Source of the DNA: Fistulifera solaris | Taxonomy: Eukaryota | Length of the DNA stretch: 64,000 nt | NCBI GenBank assembly: GCA_030295235.1 | Contig: AP026132.1 | Span: forward strand, 868,001-932,000 | Direction: 5' to 3' | Part shown: in pieces, positions 46,790 to 59,978 of the stretch | Layout of the letters: each line of letters starts with the position of its first letter | How positions within the stretch are numbered: the stretch's first letter is position 1 | Notes under the pieces: model-generated | What the model saw: only the letters and a program-made list of their open reading frames with translations | Told to the model about the DNA's origin: nothing | Database searches by the model: none | Translations under genes and position numbers: made by a program

Positions 46790-49758
46790 ATGTCGTTGTC
46801 CAACAATAGCACTAGCATGCCGTCTCTGTACGACACGAGCACTTCGGCTTCATCGACAGGATCGCGCAGTTCCGGATTCTTCCCAAAATCCCATCCCAAG
46901 CCAGAATCTTCCTATTCCAATCAATATAGCCTTGCTTCTGCGGCAAAGAATGCTTCGTTTCGTGAACGGGTGGCGCATTCCGAACTCGGATTGGCGGAAA
47001 TTAGAGAGCACGATATTGCCTCCAGCCGTCCTAGCTCGATTGGGCATCGTCAGCAACACTCGTACGCCGCATCAGAGCCCGGGATTGCACGATCAAGTTT
47101 TGCAGATTCGGCTCGTTTCAAAGGATACTTTACTAGAAATGTTGCGACTGAACAGAAGCATTCGAGTGAAAGAGACGGAGTCAGAGAGGGTGATTTTCAG
47201 CGAAAACACATGCAGCAGTCTACAGAACAACATCCTCGAGGAAGATCACCAGATGGTTACAGAAGTACAAGTGGCATTATTAATAGTCAGTACTTGAAGT
47301 CGACGGAACGGAGTCGGAGTCTTTCGTCGAATCGATTTTCGGGTAATAATCTTCGCATGGAACCTACGTCGAGTAACCGTTTGGAAACTAGCAAAGAAAG
47401 CCAACAACGAGCCACCTACCGCAGCTCAAGTCCCCCGCCGCGTCGAAACAGCCAAGCTGAGGATCGACAATTTGGTGACAGATCGTCGTTGACGATGGGC
47501 TCGTCAAAGGAAGAAGAAGAGGCCAACAATACACGTGATTCCGCCGAATCGCCACCTCCAAATGCAGCAAAACTAACGCATTACGGACGTGCTGAAATTG
47601 AAACACCGACACCAACGTCTGTAAGGGATTTGAAACAAAGGCTGTGGGACTCTGACGAAACGCTTCATCATTGGCACGCCCAGAACGAAAGACTCCAAAA
47701 ATCACACATTGAACCGCGACGTTTGGGTTATTCCGTTTCATCAAAGTCCTCGAATAGTTCTCAACTGGAGACTTTTACGGAGAGCTTGACTACAATTAGC
47801 AGTACTCGTCGTACGCTTACCCGCTCGATCTCACCCAGGCCGGTCCGATCGAGAGAGCCCGCTGGTCATTCGCTACTCCTCAACTCACGTTACTCTCAAG
47901 CTGCCGCACGCGTCGCTTCTCGCTCGCCCTCTCGTCGAAAGTTTGCGGCACAAAGCACTTCACCTACCCGCACAAATTTGTTTGTGGAGTCTGTTCAATC
48001 CGAATTGCAACCGCGAGACCTTGCCAGCCCACAAACAAATTCAACGGATGTACACAACGAACCCCAGGCTCGTCCTCAAGCACCGGCAGCAAATGGAACG
48101 AAGGCAGAAAGCGAGGTCACAGCTGTCATGACTAATAAAGCAATAGCTTCTCTTATGGCGCGAATAAGTGCTGTCAAAAGGAGCGATCCGGCTGAAGCGC
48201 TCGCGCAAATTGACGCAATTCTGTCTTCCGAAAATGCTAGTTTGGAAACATTGCGAGAAGAAACCGGCCTTACACGGCATGGCGATGTTTCTGCTGTTGA
48301 TGAAAAGGAAGTTTCCGCGACACAGCCCCTGCATGTGGCTCAAGAAGCAATGATTGGGCATATCGACGAAGAATCGTCAATCGCTGCTACATCTGTTTCA
48401 TCCATGACTAACCCTACTTATCAGGGTCCTAGCACTGTTCGAAACGAAGTATTGTCATTCAGCAATAAGCCTTCGCTCTTGCAAGCTTATGGGTCTACTG
48501 CTCTCATTGGCCGAAAAGAGAGGTATCGATCGATGAGCGAACAACGCAAAAGTGCCGCTCCTCCTTCCACAATATCGCTTTCCAGTAAAGACAAAGTGCG
48601 TTTTGGTGAATCGGTTCGGCAGCGACCTTCAGAATTTCCACCGATCATGCCTTCCAACTCAGCTGAGCTTGCTGATAAGATAAGACGATGGGACGAGATG
48701 AGCGCCCCGGAGATTACAGGAGTGACGTCGGAGGACTCTCGTTATCCTATCGAACCTGAAGGCCGTTCCTTCACTACAACAGTAACCAGCAGACGTCGTG
48801 CTCATCCTTGGGATTCTTCAATGTCTGGGCAAGTAGGTGGAAAAACTGCACCGGGCGAAAATGTTTCCAGGTCTTCTAGCTGGATGAAAACATACAAGCC
48901 TAAATATAATTCACAAGAAAATGTCGCGCAGTTTCCGACTGATTGCTATTTTGATGAAGAATCAAATAGTATTCAAGCGTTTCCATCTGAGTACTCCGAT
49001 GACAAGTCGGAGACCGACCAAAAATCGGATAATATAGCTACGGGGGAAGTAATTCAAACTACAACAAAGCAACAAGAAACTCCAAAGACCATACAATTCG
49101 ATTCGACTTGGGTTTCGCTACCCGAGTCGTCATTTTTTCGGGATGTTGCTGCACCCACGCATACTGTGCGTGAAATCGCAACAACGCCGCCTCGACTAGG
49201 CGGGTCGTCTTTTAACCACGACGACGCTCTGGCTTCCCCAAATTACGCGTTTAGACTTCAACGTGCGCCTAGACAGCCCGACGTTTCGTCGCCGAGTCCG
49301 CCGTCTCGTTTGGTCCGATCTGAGGAAGAAAATCAACGTCGCATGCAGACCTTCTCACCACAAACACGCCAACCAGCTCGGGATTTTCACTCCTTATCTC
49401 CACGCGCCATCCGGATCGATCGCGATCTGCGGCGTACAAACTCCGGGGATGACTCTTCGACAGAGTATGGGGAAGAAGTTACTCTTTTGAATAAACCGAA
49501 GTCTCGTGGCTTGCGTAGTTTCTTGCCCAAGCGCCGCACTTTCAAAGAAGCACTCTCGCCCCGCTCGATGAAGATACGTCGCTCTTGAGCCACAAATCAG
49601 ATATGCTTGCCCTTGATGTTGAACTTCCCCCGCCAGCGCAAAATCGAGGTCGCCGTCTTGCCTTGACGCAGGACCGAGTACGTTCGCGATCGTTAGACGA
49701 TAGTCGAAGCCGTAATCCCAGCATTGCTGAAAAATTCGGGCGGCTTTTAAGGGTCTAG
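46790..49758 (+). CDS. Large Ser/Arg-rich intrinsically disordered protein
   Basis: 932-aa ORF continuing after an indel near 49555; no catalytic motif seen. Confidence 0.65.
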
Positions 49759-49994
49759 AGGAAAGAATGGGTTATAATGCTTTTGTTGCTCCACTGTCTC
49801 ATGACACGCATGGCAGCATCATCTAACCAAAGCCTCATAGCTGTTTGCATAGTTCGGGGCAAATAATGTTTTGTAACCGTTATGTCTTCGAGACCTTTTG
49901 ACTTTTATTGACGCAGAACTTACAGAATTTCCGTCTCTCTCAGAATAAAAGACAGCTGAATCTTCTATCGTCGAAACTGCGTGGGATGAACTTA

Positions 49995-50440
49995 TCCACG
50001 ACTGCATTTTAGTCACGAATATATTTTTCGAGCGACAATGCTGCCTGCAATCTGCAATTCATTCGTTCAGAATTAGGGGCTTGGTCTTAGCACATTACAC
50101 TTACACGCCTTTGTATCTGACGTCGAAGAGCCTTGCGAAACGTTGTCTTCAGTATTTACTATAGACCAAAATGTTGGCCGTATTTCGCCACTGCACTTCA
50201 GTCATGAATCAGTATCCTTTCAAGCGACAAATCTGCCAACAATTCGTTCATTCAGCAAACGTTTTGAGCTCCATTTGTCGTTGTTGTAATACAATAGTCT
50301 TTTATCAGCGTTGGCGCTACACCTCGTTGTATTTTTTTTTCGTCGAAGAGTCTTGCGAAACGTTTCCGTATTTACTATAGACCCAAAGTGATGGTTTAAG
50401 GAAGCCACGACTGCATCTCAGTCATGAGACATGAATCAAT
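49995..50440. repeat. Family A ~215-bp tandem repeat, 2 units
   Basis: TTTACTATAGACCAAA anchors at ~50155 and ~50371; CTGCAYYTCAGTCATGA anchors. Confidence 0.8.
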
Positions 50441-50630
50441 CCGCTAATATATCACCTCCAGAATTTCTGGGTAATCGCAAACAAGATTCGCCCAGATTTT
50501 CTGGGCACGTAAAAACACCGCGCGATGAAAAACATGGACGACATAGCATGATTTTATTTACAACGCATAGTCTATCTTTTTATTAAACAACTTTTTTCTC
50601 TTTCTCTTTTGACAACACGAAACATTTGCC

Positions 50631-50978
50631 ATGCACCCCCTTGTAAGAAACCTTTACAAGCGGGTACTTTCCGTGGGCCATGATTATCCAACGGGTATGA
50701 AACACGTCCGAGATGTCTGGAAGAAATCGCTACGAAATCCACAAAATTGCCCGTCGTGTTACGACCAAAAAGGAACACTCAATCTACAAGATCCGGCGTG
50801 TCAGGAAGAAATACTATTTGCAGTTCATCGTGGGAGAAAAATGGTCCAAGAAATGATTGGTGTCATTCAATTGAAGAAATACCGTGCGATGAAGGCCAGA
50901 TATGGAAACGTTGACACGGATCTTGCTCGCTCGCTTGAAGTTCTTCAAAGAGAAGAAGATAAGCAATCAGCTTCTTGA
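50631..50978 (+). CDS. LYR-motif (Complex1_LYR) protein
   Basis: VRNLYKRVL.VG.DYP start; IQLKKYRAMKARY. Confidence 0.8.
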   Translation: MHPLVRNLYKRVLSVGHDYPTGMKHVRDVWKKSLRNPQNCPSCYDQKGTLNLQDPACQEEILFAVHRGRKMVQEMIGVIQLKKYRAMKARYGNVDTDLARSLEVLQREEDKQSAS

Positions 50979-51145
50979 CGCTTTGTGAGATTTAGCATGA
51001 GTGGAAGTGTCTGATTGATTACTTAAAAAATGTATAACTGGATATGTTTCATAAACCTTTGAAACAATCAAAAAATCTTTCGTTTCACAGTAACGGAGTG
51101 CCGTCGACTACGCAACAAAATAGAAAGGGCTAATATATAGTCTGC

Positions 51146-52968
51146 TTAATGGGGTGTAGGTTGGTTGTCTTTCGGGTCCACTTTTCCTTCTTCCAGTTCG
51201 GGTACAGTGTTGGGCTGACGCGTTAATCCGATCACACGTTCCCACGTACGACCACGAGCATTCATCGACCGAGGACTAGTAGCCACGAGCTCAGGAATGG
51301 GGAGGAGCACCATACGATTGTTGCAAAGTCCTACCGAGAAACCAGTGTAGCCAGCCTAAGTAAATCAAACAAGAACAACAGAACCGTGAGAGTATGTGCG
51401 AGAAGTAGCAACAACATGTCGTCTGCTTCTATCATCGTACCATGGCACCGTGAACGGCATTTTGAGCCAGTTGCATACAATACAGCGAGTCGGCAGCATT
51501 CGCAGGAACGGTGCGAACCGTATACGACGGATCAATGTACTTGACGGTTGCTGTTTCTCCATGCTTTTTGAAGTATTCTTCAATGGACTTTTTCATGAAT
51601 TCACCGATTGCCGGAAGCTTCTTGTTACCGCTCGCATCTACTTCAGTAGAAGTTCCCAACACTTCTTCACCTGCTCCTTCCGCTACAACTACTACCGCAT
51701 ATCCTTGTTGTTTGACTCGTCTCATGAGATGAGGGAGACACCCTGTTTCGCCGTCTAGAACGACTGGTACTTCCGGAACAAGGCACTTTCAAAGCAAGAA
51801 CAAGGTTAGAATCAAAAACAACAACGAACATTCATCAATGCATGCGGGGCAATCAACGCACCAAATCGACGTCCGAACTAGCCATGGTAGAATGTGCGGC
51901 AATAAATCCCGCCGAACGCCCCATCAGCTTGACGATACCGATACCATTCGGCAGATTACAGACTGCTTCCGTTTTGGCCGATCGAATGGCGACTTGCGCA
52001 GCTTCCACGGCACTTTGAAATCCGAAACTCTGATCAATGTAATCTACATCATTGTCGATTGTTTTAGGGATACCTGCGACAGCCACATTGTACCCACGTT
52101 CGATGCATCCTTCATGGATACGGAAAGCCCCACGGTGCGTTCCATCTCCACCAATCACAAAGAGCTGAGAAATTTTGCGATCCCGCACAAAGTCTAGAAT
52201 CTTATCAAGGTCAAAGCCTCCTCGGGAACTTCCCAATACCGTACCGCCCCCGTGATGAATGTTCTCTACCAAATCCAACGTCAATTCGACCGGCTCCAGT
52301 TCCGGATCCCAGAATCCTCGATACCCACCCCGAATGCCGTACACTTTCCCACCAATCGCGTACAACTGATAGAGCGACTTGGTAATTTCTCGAATGACAT
52401 TGTTCAAACCGGGACACAATCCCCCGCACGTGACAATCGCCGCATTGACCTGCGCCGGATCAAAGTGCAAATACCGTCGGGGCCCCGCCCGCATGTACGC
52501 CACCGTATTCGTCTGTTTGTTGGGTTTGCGCACAATATCTCCCAAAATGCATTCATGATCTGTAATGAGTTTATTGTACTGCGTAATGATTTCGGTCGAA
52601 TTCTTGCGTTGCAGGGCCGTCGACGCAAGTGGATGAATGGTTTCGTATTGAAAGTGCATGTGATTCGCGACATTCGCCGACGCGAAGGATTTGCGCAAAT
52701 CTTGACATTCCCACAAGAAGACTTTATCAATAAAGACATCATCGATCAAGGTGCCGGACGAAGGTTCTTTCATGGTTTTGCGGGCTTCGGCGGTTTTTTT
52801 CTTTCAACAATTTTTCGCGTTGATATTGCTTCCAAGCCCGGGCGCGTTCCTTGGATTGTTCGTATCGTGTCGTCAAAGGTAAGTAGTCGCGGCGGTGGCG
52901 GTGACCAGTGCCGCTGAGAACGCAACGAGTGCAGTTGTAGTGTCTTTAGAATGAAGAGCCGTCGTCAT
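51146..52968 (-). CDS. PFK: ATP-dependent 6-phosphofructokinase (plant/protist PfkA group); introns
   Basis: RAGPR, AAIVTCGGLCPGLNNVIR, GGTVLGSSRG, IGGDGT, PKTIDND, KLMGRSAG and YIDPSYTVR motifs. Confidence 0.93.
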
Positions 52969-53327
52969 GCTAGTTAATGTGATAATGATGAGAATGCGAG
53001 AAGGAAATAATAAGAAAGGTTTATTGTGGGCGGGGGCAAAAAAAAAAAAAAGAGAACATTTTCGTCGCGACGATGGAGGGAAGATTCGTTTTACTACGTC
53101 ATCGTTTGCGACTGTATCTTCAAACTGTAAAACTGTAAACCTTATTCTTTTTGGAGGACAAGATGAGAACCGTTCCCCCTAAAAAAAGATCATCGCCGCA
53201 TTTTGTTTTTGTTTTTCACGTTTTCCTCATTTTTTCATTTCTCTCTCGATTATTATCTTTTCATTCTAATTACAAGTCTTCTTTGATTTCTGTGCCCGTC
53301 TTTCCCTTATTAGCAGCCATTTCAAAC

Positions 53328-54055
53328 ATGAAGTTTATAATACGAGTTATACTGGCCGGGGCGCTATTCAGCGGACAAGCCGCTGGGTTGATCGCTCGTC
53401 TTCCGGTCTCGTCCGTTTTCCGGAATTCGGATTCGTCAACTACAAACAATCCGTTTGTTGTTGATTCGTTTGTATTATATAGTAAGAAGAACAACCGAAA
53501 TAATTTAGAGCCGCAACAACAGGATGAAGATTCACCCGTATTGGTCGATGCCATGGACCTGTTGGTCGATTTCGTGTCTGCACCAACACCTCTCGTCCCC
53601 TCTCTCGCATTGGGGTTCCCTGTGGCCCTCATAGTGGTAACAATCACCCAATCGTGGTCGAATGCTGTCACGACGGTTGTGTTGTTTGCGTTCTTGGCGT
53701 GGTTCGGTCGTTCGGTCGCACTCGATGAAGATGGAATAGAAGAGTCGGTCGATGCCACTCCGACGTTGTCGACGGTAGGACTCGATGCTTTGGCCTTTTG
53801 GCGGCATTAGGTGCCGCTCAATTACTCGTACCGAGTGAAGACGAAGGTTTCCTGGATTTGGGGGTTTTGACGGGTGTCTCGTTTGCCGTATTGGCCAGTG
53901 TTCAGGTCCTCCGGACTCCGCTTCCGAAAGATGCGCCCGAAGAGCGTCTCATGGATCAATGGGATGATCGCTTTCGTCAAAATCGGAAAATCAATGGGCA
54001 AAAGAAAAAGAGCGCAATCGACAAAATGGCAAGTAAGAAGGACAAGAAGAAGTGA
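53328..54055 (+). CDS. Hypothetical multi-pass membrane protein (indel ~53800)
   Basis: Signal peptide, two TM hairpins, C-terminal LMDQWD. Confidence 0.55.
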
Positions 54056-54251
54056 GCGGCGTTGGGTGCTAGCTCTATAGTTGTGAGCCCTCTTGACCTA
54101 TGAATTTATAAACGATAGAATTCATAATGAAACATTCTTTACGCAGTAATCATTTTATTAAAAAGAGAAAAAAAGCGTATGAATTCAACCATCGGTCTGA
54201 GACGAAATGAATTTGATTGAGATAAGAACCCTGTCGCATTCCTCGTGCGCG

Positions 54252-55801
54252 TTATCCAGACCGAATGGCGGAAATGGATTCTACCGTCATACACACTGCC
54301 GACACGGCCACCACAATACCAATCGAGAAAGCAATGTACGAAGGTCGATCGTGTCGCTTCATCAAAAATGACATGATACTTTGTCCGAACATGGTAGAGA
54401 TGAATCCAATGGCGAAGCAGACTACGGCATAGTCGTATTGCACAAAACCGTACATGCAGTAACGAATGGTGGCGGTAGCACTAGTAAAGAGAATCATGGC
54501 AGCTGTGGTAGCCGAAGCCACCGTCGGGTGCACGTTTAACTCCAACATGAGGGGGACCTTTGACCATGCCGCCGCCTGCGAGAATGACAAGTGAGTACAT
54601 GTGTCTGCAATCGTACTCAGCCTCCACCAACACGTACCAATTCCAAACAATCCCGCTACAATCCCTGCTAGAATGGCGTACATGGGATAATGAATAGTAT
54701 TCGAGTCGTCCCACTCAATATCCGACAAAATGGGTCCACCCAGCACCCGCACACGATGCAAAATCGACGTCCGCGTCCAAATACCAAACACCACAATGAT
54801 CACCAACATTGATAGTTGACTGTACCAATGGCAGCGAGTGTCGCACTGTGGGAGTCCGAAGAAATTTCCTGAGCTCTCTCCTCCTTCGGAGCGGCTTTCC
54901 AGTAATGAAAGAACGGTAATGAGAGCAAAGAGCACGGTCATTTTGAAGATCGATTTCCAGACCTCATTTCTCAGCTCAAAATTGGATTGTGGCGACAGCT
55001 CCGCTTCTCCCTGTGGCACTGATAATGCACCGTACGTGGTATCTTTGGGTAACATCGACTTGGTTTCGTCGGGTTGCTCATGTTGAGAAGATGCCCGTTG
55101 TTGTTCTCGTAGTCGTTTCGTTTCCTTATCATACAACTGTATGGCTTTAGTGAGTGTTTTGTAGGCCGTGAATACAAGTAACGCCAACAAGAGAACAATC
55201 AGAACAATACTGGGCAGTACAGCATTCAATGCTGCTCCGAGGACAGTCCCCGCCATGGCGGGCGGTTCGAGTTGCAACAACAAATCCCAATCGACCGACG
55301 GACGTTTGGGTTGTGTCGGATTGCGTTTTTCATCATCGGGATGTGATTTGGAGTAGTTCACCATGTTATTGGCGACCGCACCGCCGAGAACGGTGACCCA
55401 CGACAAGGAAATGGCGTATTTGACGGGAAATTTCAGGATGAGAATGTAAATGGGTACCAAGATCCCGCCTCCGCCAATTCCGCCTAAACGAATTCAAGAG
55501 GATAATGAGTGAGCGAAGGTAACCATGCCGGCGAGAATACAAGTACACGTCAAAACACACCTCCTGCGGCAATGACCAGCCCCAAAATAGCCAGAAAGAA
55601 ACCCCAATAGTCTTTGGCATGCAAGGGAAAGAGTGGATCGAGTGTCGCACGGTCATCAATGAGTGTCAGAACACGCTGTGAGATGTTGCCCTCTTCTTTG
55701 TAGGCTTTCGCCGTCATTCCTCCGATCATCAAGAAAAGACTGAGAAGTCCTCCTGCGATGATGACGTGAGAATATTTGTTCTGGTGAGGATAACTTGTCA
55801 T
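54252..55801 (-). CDS. TauE/SafE (sulfite exporter-like) membrane protein; introns
   Basis: IAAGG|GIGGGGILVP, DWDLLLQLEP, AGLFGIG(GG) and ASATTAAMILFTS motifs. Confidence 0.85.
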
Positions 55802-56104
55802 TGTGTGATAGGTTTCGGAACGTCTTGTCTACAAATGATGAGCGAGGCTGGGGAGTGCTTATTTTGCGCTGCTTCCTGACCTGCTCTGCGAGGAGAGAAC
55901 AGTGACGGATATTAACAATTGAATAGCAAAAAAATGCGGAGCAACAAAGGTATCGGATATCCAGACGTGCTCGGCTTTTCTTTTTTTGACGATGATGATG
56001 ATGTGTTCGATCATCTTTGACCCTCATTATTTTTTTACCATCCGATGGTGATGCAGCGCCGGATCGCGGTCGCGCGAGGTCTCAAAATTCATTCTTGGAT
56101 CCTC

Positions 56105-56775
56105 GTGACTGCATTCCTTCGTTGCGGTGATCCTCAATTAGAACCGCTTCCCTTCACATCCGTTCGTTGTGCAAGCTTAGTAATCTAATCCGCAAGATTG
56201 CAAGTTGCACAATGCAATAAAAATTACTTCAGCAGCATTTGCAAAGGCACCCCATAGAGATTCTTTTTACCGAAATTGTTGTCTTCAGTGTTGACTATAG
56301 ACCTCACGTGTACGCGACCTTTTCCACGACTGCAGTTGAGTCCTGAATAAAAACTGTTGCCGAGCCAGACTGCCTAATCTTTATTCATTTTGCAAGCATA
56401 GTAAGCAATATTTTAATAGTGCAACTACCATCGGCATCATTTGCAATGCACGACCTCAATTCTTGATGTTGTTTATCCTAGCGAATCGTTGTCAGCTCAA
56501 AATACTATGGGCCAAAGTGTTGCCTCAACAGCCAAGACTGCATTTCAGTCATGAATCAAAATGTTTCAGAGCTAGAACCAAACCTAACCTACATTCGTTC
56601 TGCTAGCTTGATGAGCAATTTGCTATCGCTATCGCAATGAAACATTCATCATCATCATTTTCAAAGGCACTACTCTATTCTATGTGCAACAATCTTGCGG
56701 ATTGTCGTCGTTCTCCCATTTTACTATGAACCAAAGTGTATATTACTTTTCGCCACGACTGCCTTATTTCAGTCG
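56105..56775. repeat. Family A tandem repeat, ~3 more-diverged units
   Basis: ACTATRGRCCAAAGTG-like anchors at ~56294, ~56504, ~56723; CCAAGACTGCATTTCAGTCATGAATCAA at ~56532 is identical to ~29435. Confidence 0.75.
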
Positions 56776-56937
56776 CGATTACCTGGTACTTACGGAGTAA
56801 GGATAATAAGTGGGCGCATCATCGCGTCGTCGCAGGCAGCATTATTTCATCATCATAAGAAGTTATGATTTATACAGTAAATAATCATTTAGTTCCGTCA
56901 TTTGCATTCATTTGTTTCTATTCAAGTCTATCTCCTG

Positions 56938-59828
56938 ATGAACTGCCTTGTTAGTCTCCGAATACTGCTGTTCGGGGTGCTGGTGAAGCTCGTTTCGACG
57001 CGATCGACGCCAGTGGCCGACTTTCCTGCAAAGATCTTGTTGATCGACGTCGACAATACACTCTACAACGAACGAAATCACGGCATTGAACAACAAATTG
57101 TTCAAAACATTCACCGCTTTTGTCAGGAACGGCTGGGGATGACGGTGTCGCAAGCCGACGAATTGCATGCCAAGTACGGATCTACGGTTGAAGGTCTCCG
57201 CCAAACACTGTGGAACAATTTACCGTCATGGAAACGGGAGGAGCAGTTGCGGGATTTTTATGACTTTGTTTACGGAAACATTCAAAAGATTCGCTGTTAG
57301 TGTCCAGTAGGGAGACAAGTAGCTCGAATACGGGTTATACACACAATAGTGACCTGCAAGAGCAAAAACGTCAGGAACGTTTGCGACAGCTTTTCAAGGT
57401 ATCACCCTTTCCTTTACACTTGGCCTCCAATTCACCGTTGCATCATATCGCGGATGTAGTGCAGCGAATGGGCTTGTGTGATGTCTTTGATCGTCCGTCG
57501 CTCACGCCTGACTCTCCGCGGCCGAACGAGGGAAGAACGAAAACTACCGAGTTCCCGACGAAACGACAAGCGTCGACATTCTTTGCTCCACTTCTATCGT
57601 CCGTCGATACCAAAAAACATCAACTTGTCTTGCTGGATGATTCACCAGCCGCACTGGCAGCAGCTTCACCTCACATGAAGGGAGTATTAATCAACAATTC
57701 ACCGGGCGCGGACCAGGGTGTGTCTCTCGATACGGCACTCGCGCAAGAATTCGGCTGGCTGGATCCGGAGTACACGTTTTCGGACATTGACTACTTGAGG
57801 GCGAAAAATGAAGTTGATTTTGCGTCGCTCAATCGAGAGGCATGGCGACACGTAGGAAAGGAGCTCAGGGGAATGATCGCCACCACGGCTGCTCCTTGTC
57901 GTCTGGCGATTGTGGATCTCGGTGCGGGTTTATTATCGATGCTTCGCTTGGTCGTGTTCGGCCACGACGATATGCCATCATTGAAAGACATGCTAGATGC
58001 CCCTGTTACGATGGATTATTATGCGTACGAGCCGAATGAACTAATATGGACAGAGAGTAAATCGGTGTTACAAAGTCTTGGGTTTGAACTGGTTGAGGAA
58101 AGTTCACTCAACGATAAGAAAAGGGCTGTGCTGACATACTCGCACCAAAATGATGAAACTCGTGTGACGGTACATCTACGGTGTTGTGACTACCGGGATG
58201 ATGAGCGCTCAGTTGAGATTTGTCCGCAGTTGATCGTTGGATGTTGCTTTGCCGACTTGATGGATCCGCGCGAATTGCCTGCTTCCCTTCTGAAATGCTT
58301 TCTTTCACAAAGACGACAAGACAATGTCAGCGACTGTTGTGTCGCCTATTTTCCCATTACGTTTCGAGGGATCACCCAGCTGCTACCGTCACAGCCTTTT
58401 GAAGCGTCTAGCAGATCCGGTAGAACGATTCCCTCCGATACGACCGTTTTTTCGCATTATGCCGATGTTTTGAAATATCATCATGGTCACAATCTCGACA
58501 CTCAGTTATTGGATACATCGATGAAAGAGTACGGTGCTGATCGTGTCTTTCAAGGCCGTTCAAACTGGCTCATTGATCCTCGCCAACACGACTTTCTTTG
58601 GCAGACGATGCTGTATTTTTTCGGCAGCGTCGCTCCCGTGGGTTTGGAGAAAAGTGGGATGTGGGATTTTAAGGGGTGGATTTCAAGAACACGGGAAAAC
58701 AAGCCGCAAATTTACGTGGCCAATTTAGATCTCGTATATCGAATTCCATTTTCTGGGAAGTGGCAGCTCAAATCCAGTGCAGAGGCCTTGGCAGGATTTT
58801 CCAAAGATAATAGGTCGAATTTGTATGAAGAAATCCAATTTACAGCTCCCGGGCAAGTCACTTCCCAAAAGAAGAAACTCCCCAAACTTTGCGGCGAACA
58901 AGTTCGAATCGAGTCTATAGCGTCTCTGATCAGCACTGGAACGGAGCTTAAAATCTTTCAAGGTTGTTTCAACGACGCTGCACTTGATTTGAATATAAAA
59001 GGAATGGACGACACAAAAATGGCATACCCCCTTGCGTATGGCTACTGCTTGGTCGGGCGTGTTGCTGAATGTGGTCCTGACGTTCAGGACGCTGAGGCTA
59101 TTCTCGGCAAAACCGTCTTTGCCTTCGCCCCTCACGCCTCACAAGCGATTGTGGATTATTCAGTGTTGCAATTAGTCCCCGACGACATCGACCCATACGA
59201 TGCTATCTTCATGCCCTCTGTGGAAACTGCCGTTTCTCTTATTCACGAAGCGCACCCTCGTCTTGGAGAAACAGTTGGTGTCTTCGGCCAGGGGCTCATA
59301 GGACTTTTTGTTACGTTTCTTTTGAGCGAATATGGACAAAACATTATTTCAGGAAGGTTTGGAACGGTGTCGACTTTCGATTTAATGCCCGACCGCCTCG
59401 CCTTATCCGCACTGGTGGGAGCATCGCAAGCACTCGCTCCCGATAGGGCAAGAGATGCCGGGCCATTTGATGTTTCGATTGAAGTAAGCGGAAATCCACG
59501 AGCTCTACAATCCGCAATTGATTGCACACGTGACGGTGGAAGAATCATAATCGGATCTTGGTACGGAAACGCTGAAATCGCGTTATGCCTAGGTATAGAC
59601 TTTCACCGAAGCCACAAGGAATTGAAAGCATCTCAAGTAAGCTTTATACCACAGGGAATGCAGATGACATGGACTAAGGATAGGCGCTTCCAGCTAACCT
59701 GGGATTTGGTGAGGAAAATCAGGCCGTCCCGTCTGCTAACCAAGTGCCTAAAACTCTCGAACTGCCAGGAAGCATATGCCTTACTCAGTGAGGGCAAAGA
59801 AATTGCTATTGCTTTTAAATATTCATAA
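56938..59828 (+). CDS. Fusion protein: HAD (pyrimidine 5'-nucleotidase-like) + SAM methyltransferase-like + MDR dehydrogenase (indel ~57285)
   Basis: LIDVDNTLY (HAD I), ASNS, LLDDS (HAD IV); YLRAKNEVD, IVDLGAG, FADL, YFPITFRG; SLISTGTE, YPLAYGY, GQGLIG, IEVSGNP, GSWYG, FHRS and SQVS motifs. Confidence 0.85.
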
Positions 59829-59978
59829 ATGAGAATCAGTCAGTTGAAACAAAGTGAACATAATAGACAGTTATAATACATTGAATCAAGTTCGTAAACA
59901 CTTGTAGCTGTTGCTGTCGAACATGGGCCTTATCCGTAACCTTTTTACTCGAAACAGATTAACGTAATGTTTTCTGTA

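Noticed and set aside
13..57300. Pseudogenes or programmed frameshifting in folC, DnaJ, SRPRA, ITPA, PMM, CNNM, RAD54 and others
   Set aside because: Breaks are single-base, mostly at homopolymers, in many essential genes with otherwise intact motifs. Sequencing error is far more likely; short-read polishing would settle it.
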